Source: Candidatus Thorarchaeota archaeon
Lineage (GTDB): Archaea; Asgardarchaeota; Thorarchaeia; Thorarchaeales; Thorarchaeaceae
Direction of reading: 5' to 3'
DNA length: 64,000 nt
NCBI GenBank assembly: GCA_029858305.1
Contig: JAOUFI010000002.1
Coordinates: 21,778 to 85,777 of the forward strand
In this document: piece by piece, positions 45,507 to 57,100 of the stretch
Numbering within the stretch: position 1 is the stretch's first letter
Layout: each line of letters opens with the position of its first letter
Position numbers and translations under genes: made by a program
The notes under the pieces: generated by a model
What the model saw: only the letters and a program-made list of their open reading frames with translations
Database searches by the model: none
Told to the model about the DNA's origin: nothing

Positions 45507-47042
45507 ATGAAAGAACTGACTGAAGTAGCCAAAATGATTGTCAACAATCTTCATCTAAGCCTAGTCTTCAAGACCATTTCAGAGTATCAAAAAAAGGACG
45601 CATTTGAGATTCGGGATGAATTAGGATTAGCTAGTTATTCTGAAATATCAACTAATCCATTTGACCTACTTGAAACAGTAAAGCGACACATCCTTACAAG
45701 AGCCTTCCAAGATAAGGAAAAGGTAGAATTTCTCATGACAGTACAGTCATGGGCAGGCTTCAAACCAAACCGCGCATATCTTGAAACTGGAGACCAAGCA
45801 ATTCTTGCAGGAAAACGTAGTGCACTAGCTATTCTATGGGTTATGATATTACCCAAGGTAGCTGTGAGTCCCACGATACTCCCAAGTGATATCGAAAATC
45901 AGGGTTTGGTAACTCTGGTGGAGAGTATATTATTATCAGACGAGTCTCGAGCTGAACTCAATCAGGTCGTTTCGCTCGAAATGATCAATAGGGGTTTTAT
46001 TGAGGAGTATTTTGACATTAATGGAATTGAGAGTGGTTTTGCGATCGATGATTCTATGAGAAGAAGCAGGTTGCGAACGATGCTTGCACTCATGTTGATG
46101 AAAGGTTCGGATTTCCCGTTTAATCTTGATGAAGTATTCAATCTTCCAGAACACAGACTCATTGAAGAAACCGCCCTGTATATAATGACTAAGCAGGCAA
46201 TGGCATCTCTATCATACCAAATTTCCGGAAGCGGATCAAGTAGACCTTTTGACTGGCCACTTGTAGGCACAGCAAGGGTATTTTCAAGATTGATGCTGAC
46301 TCTTGATGTACTTAGGAAATTTGCGTCTAAGATGACGACATGTTCACTCTTCAAATCGGTAGCACAAGGATCGCAACGGGTATGGACAGAGTGGGAGTTC
46401 ACATCATACCTCATCAAAGAGATTACGGATTATTATGCCAGCCTCCTCAGAGAGCGTCCGAGTAAGGGAAAGAACGAAGAACTTGATGCCTTTGTAGATA
46501 TTTTGAAGGGAGAAAATATCGAGATTACGACTTCTATCATGGAGTCGGATGATAAAGCTTTAACAATTTATGAAGAATTATCAGATTGTAAGAGAAGAGC
46601 ACAAATTGGTGAAAAGCCACAAATCTCTCCAGAACGTCGTTTTCGGGTTGTTCTCTCCAATCTAAAGCAACAACTTACGGAAGCTCGCACTTATGCATTG
46701 GCTGCTGACGAACTTGTTGAGGAAATAGTAGATGCGTTTGATGCCATTGCAGAGTTGATTGAGAAACATATAGACTCACTAGGCTCGGAAGTGGACAAAT
46801 TTACTGAGGAAATCTGCTTCGAAACCTCATTTCGTATCCTTGAAATTCTAAACCTTGGAGCATCGCTCAATAATCTTCCTTGGGTTTCAAGATTCATCGC
46901 AGAGGAAGCAACAAGAACAAGCATAGCCCGAGGTGATATTGAAAGCCTTGAAGAACAACATAGGATGAAACGTATTGTTTCTGCCTTTGCAGGTGGCGTA
47001 GCATACTTAGTCCTCCAAGCCCAGAGAAAAGACTTGGAGTGA
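45507..47042 (+). CDS. Hypothetical, predominantly helical protein (511 aa), no recognisable motifs
   Basis: The ATG lies 2 nt after the upstream stop. The ORF is long and unbroken. Confidence 0.6.
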   Translation: MKELTEVAKMIVNNLHLSLVFKTISEYQKKDAFEIRDELGLASYSEISTNPFDLLETVKRHILTRAFQDKEKVEFLMTVQSWAGFKPNRAYLETGDQAILAGKRSALAILWVMILPKVAVSPTILPSDIENQGLVTLVESILLSDESRAELNQVVSLEMINRGFIEEYFDINGIESGFAIDDSMRRSRLRTMLALMLMKGSDFPFNLDEVFNLPEHRLIEETALYIMTKQAMASLSYQISGSGSSRPFDWPLVGTARVFSRLMLTLDVLRKFASKMTTCSLFKSVAQGSQRVWTEWEFTSYLIKEITDYYASLLRERPSKGKNEELDAFVDILKGENIEITTSIMESDDKALTIYEELSDCKRRAQIGEKPQISPERRFRVVLSNLKQQLTEARTYALAADELVEEIVDAFDAIAELIEKHIDSLGSEVDKFTEEICFETSFRILEILNLGASLNNLPWVSRFIAEEATRTSIARGDIESLEEQHRMKRIVSAFAGGVAYLVLQAQRKDLE

Positions 47043-47043
47043 G

Positions 47044-47958
47044 CTAAGTAAAGGCGCGCATAATGACATCCCATCGGTGTTGGATGAAGTCTTCAAACTC
47101 ATTGATCTTCTTTTCGTCACGCTTTGGCTTGAATAGATGTGAAAATCGACCTTGCATCTTGAGAAACTCATCAACGGGTTTTCTCTTCTCAGGATCTTGG
47201 AATCGCTTACTCTCTCTCCCTAGGATGAATTCCTCACCAATACGTTCCCATTGTATCCAATATCCAGTTTCAACTGCCAACTTGCCAATCTCAACGCCTT
47301 GTTCGACAGGGTAATTCCAAGCCTGAGGACAGGGAAGAAAAATATGGCCAAATTTTGGACCTGGATACTCAAGTGCTTTCTTGAATTTATCATACAGGTC
47401 TCTGGGATAGGCAGTATTAGCAGTAAACTGATAGACGGGTTCATGAGCTGAAACAATAAGATCAATCATCTTCTCCGGCTCAGTCTTCCCACGCCAAGTT
47501 GTTGTCGTCTGAGCGTGCAATGGAGTGGCTCCAGAGCGTTGTGTTCCTGTATTGCTGTATACTTGGTTATTATAGCAGATATAGAGGAAATCAGTCCTTC
47601 GTTCGAGCGCGCCGCTAAGGGCCTGAATGCCTATATCGAAAGTCCCGCCATCTCCAGCCCATACCATGACCATTGTAGTATCATTCCCCTTTGCCTTAAG
47701 AGCTGCTTTCACTCCAGAGGCAGTAGCGGCTGCGGCCATGAAAGCGGTATTCAGAACTGGTATCGCAAGTCCACTCTTTGGCCATAGTGACTGCACAACG
47801 CTAGTACAGCATGCTGGGACGACCTGAATAACATCACCTTCAAGCGCCTTATGAGCGTGTCTTAATGCAACCATATCCTGACAACCTGCACATGCAGCAT
47901 TTCCTTTCAGTACATATTCCTTGAGTGGCATTTCTCGTGTTGCTACCATTGTTATCAC
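47044..47958 (-). CDS. porB: 2-oxoacid (pyruvate-type):ferredoxin oxidoreductase beta subunit (TPP-binding)
   Basis: CAGCQDMVALRH, the TPP motif WAGDGGTFDIGIQALSGA, and YICYNNQVYSNTG. The start overlaps the porA stop. Confidence 0.9.
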   Translation of the reverse strand: MITMVATREMPLKEYVLKGNAACAGCQDMVALRHAHKALEGDVIQVVPACCTSVVQSLWPKSGLAIPVLNTAFMAAAATASGVKAALKAKGNDTTMVMVWAGDGGTFDIGIQALSGALERRTDFLYICYNNQVYSNTGTQRSGATPLHAQTTTTWRGKTEPEKMIDLIVSAHEPVYQFTANTAYPRDLYDKFKKALEYPGPKFGHIFLPCPQAWNYPVEQGVEIGKLAVETGYWIQWERIGEEFILGRESKRFQDPEKRKPVDEFLKMQGRFSHLFKPKRDEKKINEFEDFIQHRWDVIMRAFT

Positions 47959-49133
47959 TCCATTAAATCATGCCAGGTCTCCTCAGGACCCAAATCACCG
48001 CTTTCTACAGCTTTGTAAGTATCCTTAATTACTTCCTTAATATCGGTGACAGTCATATCGCGACCACCGAGACCGCCAATGTAACTCTTAATCATCGGAC
48101 GATACTTCGTATGATACATTGATGCACGAATATCATTAGCTACGGGGCCTCCGAATCCATAAGAAACTCCTCTGTCAAAGCTGGCAAAGCCCTTCACATG
48201 GCTACCAAGTTCTCGTATCTTATCAACAGGGAATGGACGAATCATACGTACTCTTGCATTTCCAACCCTGTAGCCCTCATCACGGAGTTCATCTACTGCA
48301 TCCTTAGCCTCAGCCGCAATGGATCCCTGTGAGGTGAATACAACTTCTGCATCATCGCACTTGTAGCAGTCAATAGGACCTCCGAAGTACTTCCCGAAGA
48401 GATTCTTGTAATCCTTTTCAACCTCCTCATAGACTTTCAGAGCATTCTGTGTACCTTCATGCATCATATACCGGAATTCTTGATAGTACTCGGGAAATAC
48501 TATGTTTCCGTGAGATACAGGATTAGCTGGATCCATGATCCAGTGGGGGGGTGAATATGGAGGTAAGAACTTGTCAACTTCTTCTGGTTCTAGGTAATCG
48601 AACGATGACAATGTATGGCTCAATACGAATCCATCAGAGTTGATCATTACTGGCATGAGTACTCGCTCATCTTCAGCAAGTTTGAATGATTGGATAATTG
48701 TATGGTAGAGCTCGTCAACACTTGATACATAGAACTGAATCCAGCCCGTATCACGCTTTGAATAAGAATCGTCATGGGTCACGTGAATATTCCAGCTTGG
48801 AGATACCGATCGATTGATGTTGTTTATCACAATGGGTAGTCTCGCTGCTGCAGCCCAATGAAGTCCCTCATCCATTAGAAGAAGTCCATTGGATGAAGTA
48901 GCAGTGAATGCACGGGCACCTGTGGAGCTTGCTCCGATACATGCAAAAATCGCAGAATGTTCGGATTCTACACGGATGAATTGACCGGTATAGAAACCAT
49001 CTTCATTGAGAAGTGCAATCTGCTCCGGCACTGTCGTAGCCGGTGTAATTGGATACGCTGCTACAACCTCAACACGTGCAGAGATAACTGAACGCGCTGC
49101 AGCATAGTTCGCACTCATAAGTTCTGTCTTCAA
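47955..49133 (-). CDS. porA: 2-oxoacid:ferredoxin oxidoreductase alpha subunit
   Basis: MSANYAAARSVISARVEVVAAYPITPAT and SEHSAIFACIGASSTGARAFTATSSNGLLLM. The start is either TTG 49133, which overlaps the porD stop, or ATG 49118. Confidence 0.9.
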   Translation of the reverse strand: MKTELMSANYAAARSVISARVEVVAAYPITPATTVPEQIALLNEDGFYTGQFIRVESEHSAIFACIGASSTGARAFTATSSNGLLLMDEGLHWAAAARLPIVINNINRSVSPSWNIHVTHDDSYSKRDTGWIQFYVSSVDELYHTIIQSFKLAEDERVLMPVMINSDGFVLSHTLSSFDYLEPEEVDKFLPPYSPPHWIMDPANPVSHGNIVFPEYYQEFRYMMHEGTQNALKVYEEVEKDYKNLFGKYFGGPIDCYKCDDAEVVFTSQGSIAAEAKDAVDELRDEGYRVGNARVRMIRPFPVDKIRELGSHVKGFASFDRGVSYGFGGPVANDIRASMYHTKYRPMIKSYIGGLGGRDMTVTDIKEVIKDTYKAVESGDLGPEETWHDLME

Positions 49134-49450
49134 ACCTCACCAGTCCTCCTCTTACGCTCATCCGTGCGCACCATCTCGATACACTGTTTTGGACAGACTT
49201 GTGCGCAAATTCCGCACCCCTTGCAGTAATCGTAATCCGTATGAGGAGTTCCATCCTCATCTAAGCTTATCACAGCCTCAGGGCAGTGTAGCCAGCATGT
49301 CCGGCATCTGTTGCACTCGTCATAATCTACCACTGGGTCGAAAGTCCGCCAGCTACCGGTCTCACCCGTAGCTCCAACCATGGGTTTGGAGTAGGATGTC
49401 TTTGGCATCTCTTTCCTGCTCTTAGGCTCAGTATTAACTTCATTTACCAA
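49130..49450 (-). CDS. porD: 2-oxoacid:ferredoxin oxidoreductase delta subunit (2 x [4Fe-4S] ferredoxin-like)
   Basis: TGSWRTFDPVVDYDECNRCRTCWLHCPE and CKGCGICAQVCPKQC. The start is either TTG 49450 or ATG 49408. Confidence 0.85.
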   Translation of the reverse strand: MVNEVNTEPKSRKEMPKTSYSKPMVGATGETGSWRTFDPVVDYDECNRCRTCWLHCPEAVISLDEDGTPHTDYDYCKGCGICAQVCPKQCIEMVRTDERKRRTGEV

Positions 49451-49608
49451 CCAGAAACACGTCCGCTGTGAGCCGTCTAGCTCGCAAGCCCGAGACGTGC
49501 AATTAAGCGTTATGATGTAGGTTATTAATTATACCCAGCTACTTCTGCCACTTTGCTTATTTAGAAAAAGATATTCAGATAGCTAAACGCGACGGAGGCG
49601 TGATATCT

Positions 49609-50412
49609 ATGGAATTCACAATGACCCTTGTTCAGTTGATGTGCGAGGAGGGAAACAGGAAGTTCAACTTTGAACAAGCAGAAGGACTCTTGAGAGAATA
49701 CAAGAACCTAGGAGGTGTGCAATTCATTGTGTTTCCCGAGCTCTTTGCTATTGGATTCAGGCATGAAGACTACGAACAGCAAGGACCTGGAATACCAGGA
49801 CCAACGAGCAAATTCATTTGCAAAATCGCAAAGAAATTTGGAGCTTATGTCTTTGGAACTGATATTGAGAGAGGTGAACAAAGATACTACAATACTCTGG
49901 TGGGTGCTGGACCATCAGGTGATGTGATAGGGACATATAGGAAGATACACCCTTTCCAAGAGGAGCGTGATGTCTTTAATGGAGGAGAGTCAATCGTATT
50001 AATGGAGTGTGGTGGTATCAAGGTCGGAGTGCAAATCTGCTATGACATCAGATTTCCTGAATTATCTCGAAAACTAGCAATTGAGGGAGCAGAGATACTA
50101 ATCATTCCAGCAGCATTTCCAGATCCTAGAAGTACTCATTGGAATACATTGATTCAAGCAAGAGCCATTGAAAACCAGCTCTATGTCGCAGCAGCAAACC
50201 GGATTGGATTCGGATTCGATAAGAAGATATACTTTGGTCATAGTCAAGTTGTGGATCCATGGGGTGTCATATTGACACGACGTAGCTCAGAATATCGCAT
50301 TATTCAAGTTACTGGAGACACTCAGATGATTAATTCTGTTCGGGAACAGATAACTTGCTATGCTGATAGATCTCCGATTGGCTATAACAAAGTTGAATGG
50401 TTTCGGGAATAG
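49609..50412 (+). CDS. Carbon-nitrogen hydrolase (nitrilase superfamily; Nit/omega-amidase-like)
   Basis: The Glu-Lys-Cys triad context is seen in FPELF, YRKIHPF and VQICYDIRFPE. ATG 49609 has GGAGG 10 nt upstream, whereas the track GTG 49600 is only 1 nt from it. Confidence 0.85.
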   Translation: MEFTMTLVQLMCEEGNRKFNFEQAEGLLREYKNLGGVQFIVFPELFAIGFRHEDYEQQGPGIPGPTSKFICKIAKKFGAYVFGTDIERGEQRYYNTLVGAGPSGDVIGTYRKIHPFQEERDVFNGGESIVLMECGGIKVGVQICYDIRFPELSRKLAIEGAEILIIPAAFPDPRSTHWNTLIQARAIENQLYVAAANRIGFGFDKKIYFGHSQVVDPWGVILTRRSSEYRIIQVTGDTQMINSVREQITCYADRSPIGYNKVEWFRE

Positions 50413-50450
50413 CACAACCGTTAAGTGAGAAGCCATCCCTGCGGTAGACA

Positions 50451-50975
50451 ATGGAGGAGCAATATGTGGATGAAACTGAACTGCTGAAAAACACAATTCG
50501 GGAATGGTTCTCGCGAGAGGGCACTAAAGTTGAGAGCATCTCAGATCCAAGAGCTGCGTTTCTGTACAAAGTAAAGTTCATGCGGTTCTTCTTCACAGTT
50601 GTGCGTCCAAATGACCAGAGGTATGTTCAGGTCGAGTCCCAAATCATGATTTCTCCGCAGCATCAAAAGCTCCTGACAGCTGAGAAGCTACGAGAGTTCC
50701 AGATGCAGGCTCTAAAGTTCAGCTTCACACAGAGTGTAAATCTAGGTTTTATTCAACCAAAGCCAGGGCAACCAGGTCCGCAGCCTCCGGGACCGGGCTT
50801 TGTTATATCAGATAGACTCTATGATGATGCATTCTCTGAACAGAATCTTTGGAAGACCATGCGGAGGCTTCATAGTGCGATAGACATGGTCATTGCGATC
50901 CTCAATGATATAACTGGACAACCAGGACAGAAAACAGCAGACGCCACGGATGCAGGACCATCATATTATACTTAG
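50451..50975 (+). CDS. Hypothetical protein; the pattern resembles a YbjN/DUF2299-like fold interrupted by a Pro/Gly/Gln linker
   Basis: LLKNTIREWFSREGTKVESISDPRAAFLYKVKF...VQVESQIMISPQH...; the low-complexity stretch is KPGQPGPQPPGPG. The family guess is unverified. Confidence 0.55.
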   Translation: MEEQYVDETELLKNTIREWFSREGTKVESISDPRAAFLYKVKFMRFFFTVVRPNDQRYVQVESQIMISPQHQKLLTAEKLREFQMQALKFSFTQSVNLGFIQPKPGQPGPQPPGPGFVISDRLYDDAFSEQNLWKTMRRLHSAIDMVIAILNDITGQPGQKTADATDAGPSYYT

Positions 50976-51122
50976 AATACATTCTCGATTTATCGACCGG
51001 ATACAATCCACAGCATGTTGATATATGTAATTTACATAGAAAATTGTATAGGATGCTACAATGAAGGATAGCTCTTTTACTTGAGTTGTTTGTAGTTGAC
51101 GAAAAGTAAGAGATTTTCAAAA

Positions 51123-54100
51123 ATGGGGCTTAGACGGATATTCATCATTGGTATTTTGATTCTAAGCATAGGCTTTGCTTCACACAGTACAACAACTGAT
51201 TTTTTAACATCTAATTTTGAACCTCAAGTAGCACATCCCTCTGATACTCATACATCTTCATCTGTTGAAGGAATAGGAAATAGTCTTCTTTCAGCTGCGG
51301 GATATTCCCGTAATATCAATAATTTACAATTTTCACTAGCGAACAGCTACTCAGACAGTGAGTCACATAATCAAATCATAGATTTATCATCCTACCATAT
51401 TGATGGTTGGTCATTGTATGAGGTTGAAATTTCTACTACAAGAATTGTAGCATTAGCAGAACGAGAGATAATTGGATCCAGAACTAGTCCAGGTCACATC
51501 TTATTCAACATATCAAAATATGATACTGGATATTATGACCAGTTGACACAGGGATTCTATGGTATGAGTCATGATGGTAAACTAGAAAATATCTCACTCT
51601 TGTATACTTCATCATCATATGATCCCCTGTATCATCATTATGCATATTTCGACCTTAGATCAGATTATTCAGATGGGGCTACAAATATGGTGTCCTCTGT
51701 CCCATTAGGAAATGTAGGACTTACTCCGACCTGGGCAAGTGTAACAGAATCCACAACTCTAGATGCAGACACAATATATTATGCAGTAATGAACGGGACC
51801 AGACTTATAGAGGTCTTCGGTACATTCCCAATAATTCAATGGTATTATGAGGATTCAGAAGGTACCTATGAAACGCGACGCCATACTACAGAATATATCC
51901 CCTGGAGTTCTAGTAGACCATATGAGGCTCTGCTTAACTATACTTATATTCCGTGGAATACAACAAGTAATTCTGCTCTTGAATTCTCGGATCCATCTAT
52001 CATAGATTTGCGAGGAAATTCATCATTATTGGCAGGTTCTCAATGGAAATTCGATTCTCTTACTAATGTTTCACAAATACAATTCTCATCGAATCAATCT
52101 ATATCAGTAGAATACGATCTTACACTTAGATACAAGCAGTCTGTCACATCCTCCACATCTTGGTATGCAGATTCTTCTAATTCGGTCATTTTATGGAATA
52201 TAACAACATCTATCGATTATCCAGAACTAGCTGGTTCTCAAGATAGAAATCTAACTGTGTTGGTTCCAAGTGACTGGACTGCAAGTCATTTATTTAACAT
52301 CACTTACCCAACTCAATATTTCGACCATTTCACACAAATAGAATCCAGCGTAAATTGCTTTGGTCTGGCGGATGAAACTTGGATATTGGAATGTACATCT
52401 CCAAATTATATGAAATCGTTATCGATGTTTGATACGAGTGATGATAGTATTATCACTGATAAAGTAAGTATATCTGTCACAATGGATATCAATGCAACAA
52501 TTGAAGACCAATCATCAAATCCCGCAGCAAATGGTAATGCGCATCTTGTAGTGTACTATCAAGCCGCAGAAGAATATTCTGATGATTACTCAGTAACATC
52601 AGGAACATCGCATTACCAATGGGACATCTCAACAGATTCATCATCTAATGGTCTACACACGATAGATGTGTATTGGTCAAATGGAACAGAAGTAGGATAT
52701 CAATCAAATGATGTTGTAGTATTCTATGAAACAACACTCGTAGCAGATGAATATACCATCAATGACTACACTGATGACTCCTTTTACATTGGAATTGACT
52801 ACAACCAAGTATTTCCAGCAGCAGGGATTGACTCATCAAGTGCAGATGTCACCTATTCATTCGGATCTGTGGTGAACCAGTCTCTCACTGACCAGAGTAA
52901 TGGAAGATGGGATGCAACTGTTTCAACAGCTAGTATGTCACCAGGACTACACACATTGACTATCTATGCTGAAGGATATGCACTCGAAAATCGGAGTATA
53001 ACCATAGATGTAGATCTTATTCATGATACCTTACCCCTGACAATTATTTATTCCAACATTTCTTATGTTGAAACTACAGAGCTTTCTGTTGCATACGAAA
53101 GAGTCGGAAACATACCAATTCCTGATGCACATGTCGAAGTGACAATTGGAACAACTACATGGCAGCTAAATTTTGATGAGGGCAGCGGTACCTACAAGAT
53201 GATTTTCAATGGAACCGATATTGATCCAGGTTTTGGGATCCATACCCTCACTATTAATGCATCTCTAGCAGGGTATAAATCGCAAAGCTATACTAAGACA
53301 CTCATTATTCATGAAGAGAGTACCATACTCAATATAGAATGGTCAGGGAGTACTGACATCACCTATGTTGAGAGCGTGACCCTCTATGTCGACTACCAGA
53401 TGTCCAATACAACTCCAATCTATCCCGCTACTGTTGAGGTCACCATTGATACTGACATCTATGTGATGAACTGGAATGGTGGAACCGGGAGATACTGGTA
53501 TCAATTCAATGGCAGTGATTTACTTCCAGGATTTGGATTTCATAATTTGATAATTAAAGCCTCTAAATTTGGATATGCCTATCGGAGTGACCTCACACAA
53601 ACACTGAATATAACTGAAGAGCCAACAACACTGGTTCTGTCTTGGTCCAATGGGAATGAAATATCATATGTGACCTCTACAATGTTGATTGCAAAATACA
53701 ATCAATCAAACGGATCTCCATTAATTAATGCAACAGTTAGCGTTACAATAGATACAGAATCATGGCTAATGGTGTGGAATACTGATACATTTGCCTACGA
53801 GTTGACCTTCAATGGAACCGATTCAATACCGGGTTTTGGGACATTCGATGTATCAGTTCTTGCATCACTTTATGGTTTTGAATCAAAACCCGATGATAAC
53901 GAAACACTCTATATACACGAGGAGAGCACCTTATTCAACATAGAATGGTCAGGGAGTACTAATATCACCTATGTTGAGAGTGTGACCCTCTATATCGATT
54001 ACCAAATGTCCAATGCAACTCCAATCTATCCCGCTATAGTTGAAGTCATCATTGATACCGACATCTATGTGATGAACTGGAATGGTGGAACCGGGAGATA

Positions 54101-57100
54101 CTGGTACCAATTCAATGGCAGTGATTTACTTCCAGGATTTGGATTTCATAATTTGATAATTGAAGCCTCCAAATTTGGATATCAAAATTATTCCAATATT
54201 TTCCAGACATTGAATATTACTGAAGAACCCACAACACTTGTTTTGTCTTGGTCAAATACCAATAGCATTACCTATGTCACCTCTACAACGCTAATTGCAA
54301 AATACAATCAATCAAACGGATCTCCAGTAATTAATGCAACAGTTAGTGTTACAATAGATACAGAATCATGGCTAATGGTGTGGAATACTGATACATTTGT
54401 GTACGAGTTGACCTTCAATGGAACTGATTCAATACCGGGTTTTGGGTCATTTAACATATCAGTAATTGCGTCATTATATGGCTTTGAATTAAAGCCCGAT
54501 GACAACGAAACACTCTTTGTTGATTTAGAACCAACCTCAATCACAATCGCTTGGTCAAATACTGGAAGCATTACCTACATAGATCAAACTACTCTCATTG
54601 TATCCTACAGAATGAACAATAATTCAGTAATTCCAATTGATGCTGTGGTTAATGTAACAATTGATGGATTTCCAACGTGGGATCTTGATTGGGATTGGGA
54701 TTATGGAACTGAAACATATCGTCTTGTCTTTAATGGTACAGACATACCCCCAGGTTTCGGCACGCACAATCTAACCATTAGAATTGGTAAGTATGGCTAC
54801 GTGAACCACGTGAATACCACCCTAACTCTCACTATAGATTTAGTACCAACAATCCATGAAGTATATTGGTCAAACACTAATTCCATTACATACATAGAAT
54901 CAACAACTCTTACAGTCAATTATACAATGACCAATGGAACACCCGTTACTGATGCAATAGTGAATGTCTCAACAGTTGCGGGATTCTGGCTGATGAAGTG
55001 GAATAATGATACATTTATGTATGAGTTGGCTTTCAATGGAACCGATTCAATACCAGGATTTGGAACTCATATTCTGACCATACAAATAAGAAAGGTTGGT
55101 TATTCGGATCCTGGAAATCTCACAGAAACCTTGATTCTGGATTTGGAACCAACAAGTATGAATATGGCTTGGCTGGATTCACCAACCATCTCATTCCTCG
55201 AATCGACAACTCTTGTTGTGTACTATAGAATGAGTAATACTTCTCCGATTTTAGATGCTACAGTTATAGCTACAATCGACGGTATCCAGTACGAACTCGT
55301 ATTGCATCCAAGTGGCTCATATAGATACACCTTCAGTGGAACAGATAATCTTCCGGGAATTGGAACACATTTACTGAAAATTGATGCGAACAGAACTGGA
55401 TTTGACTCTAAATCTGATGAAGGCGAGGTCTTGATAATTAATGAAGAATCAACATTCATTGATATCATATGGTTAGATAACAATACCATAACTTTTGTTG
55501 AAACATCAATTCTAGTCATAAATTATACAATGACTAATGGTTCTCCGATTGCAGGAGCGACAGTTAATGCCACAATAGATGGATTTCCAGCTTGGGACCT
55601 TGTATGGGATATTGATACACAAACATATCGCTTAACATTCAATGGAACAGATGTCCCGCCTGGATTGGGATTCCACAATATCACAATCAGAGCTGACAAA
55701 TTCGGATACGAAAGTCGGAATGGTTTGACCAACATTACTTTAGATAGAGAACAATCATACCTCGTTGTAAGTTGGATTCCTGATAATGATATTTCATACA
55801 TGACTAGTTCTATTCTCGTGGTTAGTTATAGGATGACGAACTCTTCGCCAATTTCTGAAGCTACTGTGAATGTTTCAATTGGAGAGGGTTCATGGCTGAT
55901 GAAATGGAGTGTTGCTAATCAAGATTACAGACTTCAGATCAATGGAACCGATATACCACCTGATTTAGGAAACTATACTATGACTATTGAGGCTACAATG
56001 TTTGGATTCTATGCAGCATACAATCTAACAGCTCAGGTTATACTTCGAGAAGAACCAACAAGTCTAGATGTGCATTGGGCAAATGGAATAAACAATCCAA
56101 GTTTCCTTTCTTACACATATCTCATAGCAGATTACCTTTATGGAGATTCAACACCTATTGTGGATGCCATTCTGAATGTCTCAATAAATTCATTCATTTT
56201 TCGAATGGGATGGAATGCTAGTGGTTTCTATCAATTGAAAATCAATGGTTCGGACACCTATCTAGGTGTTGGGAATAATTCAATCACAATAAGTGCTGAG
56301 AAATATGGGTATGTCACTAAGATGAATACTACTAAAGTTGTGATTCCTGTGGTCCCAACCAAACTTACTCTTGAATGGGAATTCTCTGATACGATAACCT
56401 ATGTAGAATATACTACACTTCATGCATACTACGTAATGTACAATGATTCTTTGATTTCTGAAGCATCTGTCAATGTGACGATAAATGGAATGACACTGCC
56501 TATGATTTGGAGTTCTTCTAGTAACTCATATGAACGAACATTTTACGGGTCTGACAGTTCGTTAGGTATCACATCATTTCCAATTCTAGTCGAAGCAGCC
56601 ATGATTGATTTCCAGAGTCTATCAAATTCTGATGAGATATTAACTATTCAAACTGAACCTACTACACTTGCGATATCTTGGATTGGTGGAGACAATATCA
56701 CTTACTTTCAACAGACCACACTATCAGTACAATTCGTCATGTCTAATGGATCACCAATTTCAATTGGAGTTCTTAATGCGACTATAGGAGGAGTCCTTTT
56801 CGACCTTAATTGGAATATCATTAGTGAGGCATACGAAGTGGTAATCTATGGAGATGATGCCCGATTGGATTACTTGGACTATGATGTCTTGATTAACGCA
56901 TCAGCATACGGGTTTGTCGCTTCAGTAGATACTTACCAATACTTCACTATCAGACTAGAAGATACATATCTTGTCATTGATTGGGTTCCGAGTAACACGA
57001 TATCTTACTTGGACTCAACAGTATTCAGAATCTTTTACCGATATGCATCCAATCATTCTCCTGTTTTAGGAGCAGTTGTTAGTGCTTCAACATGGGTAGC

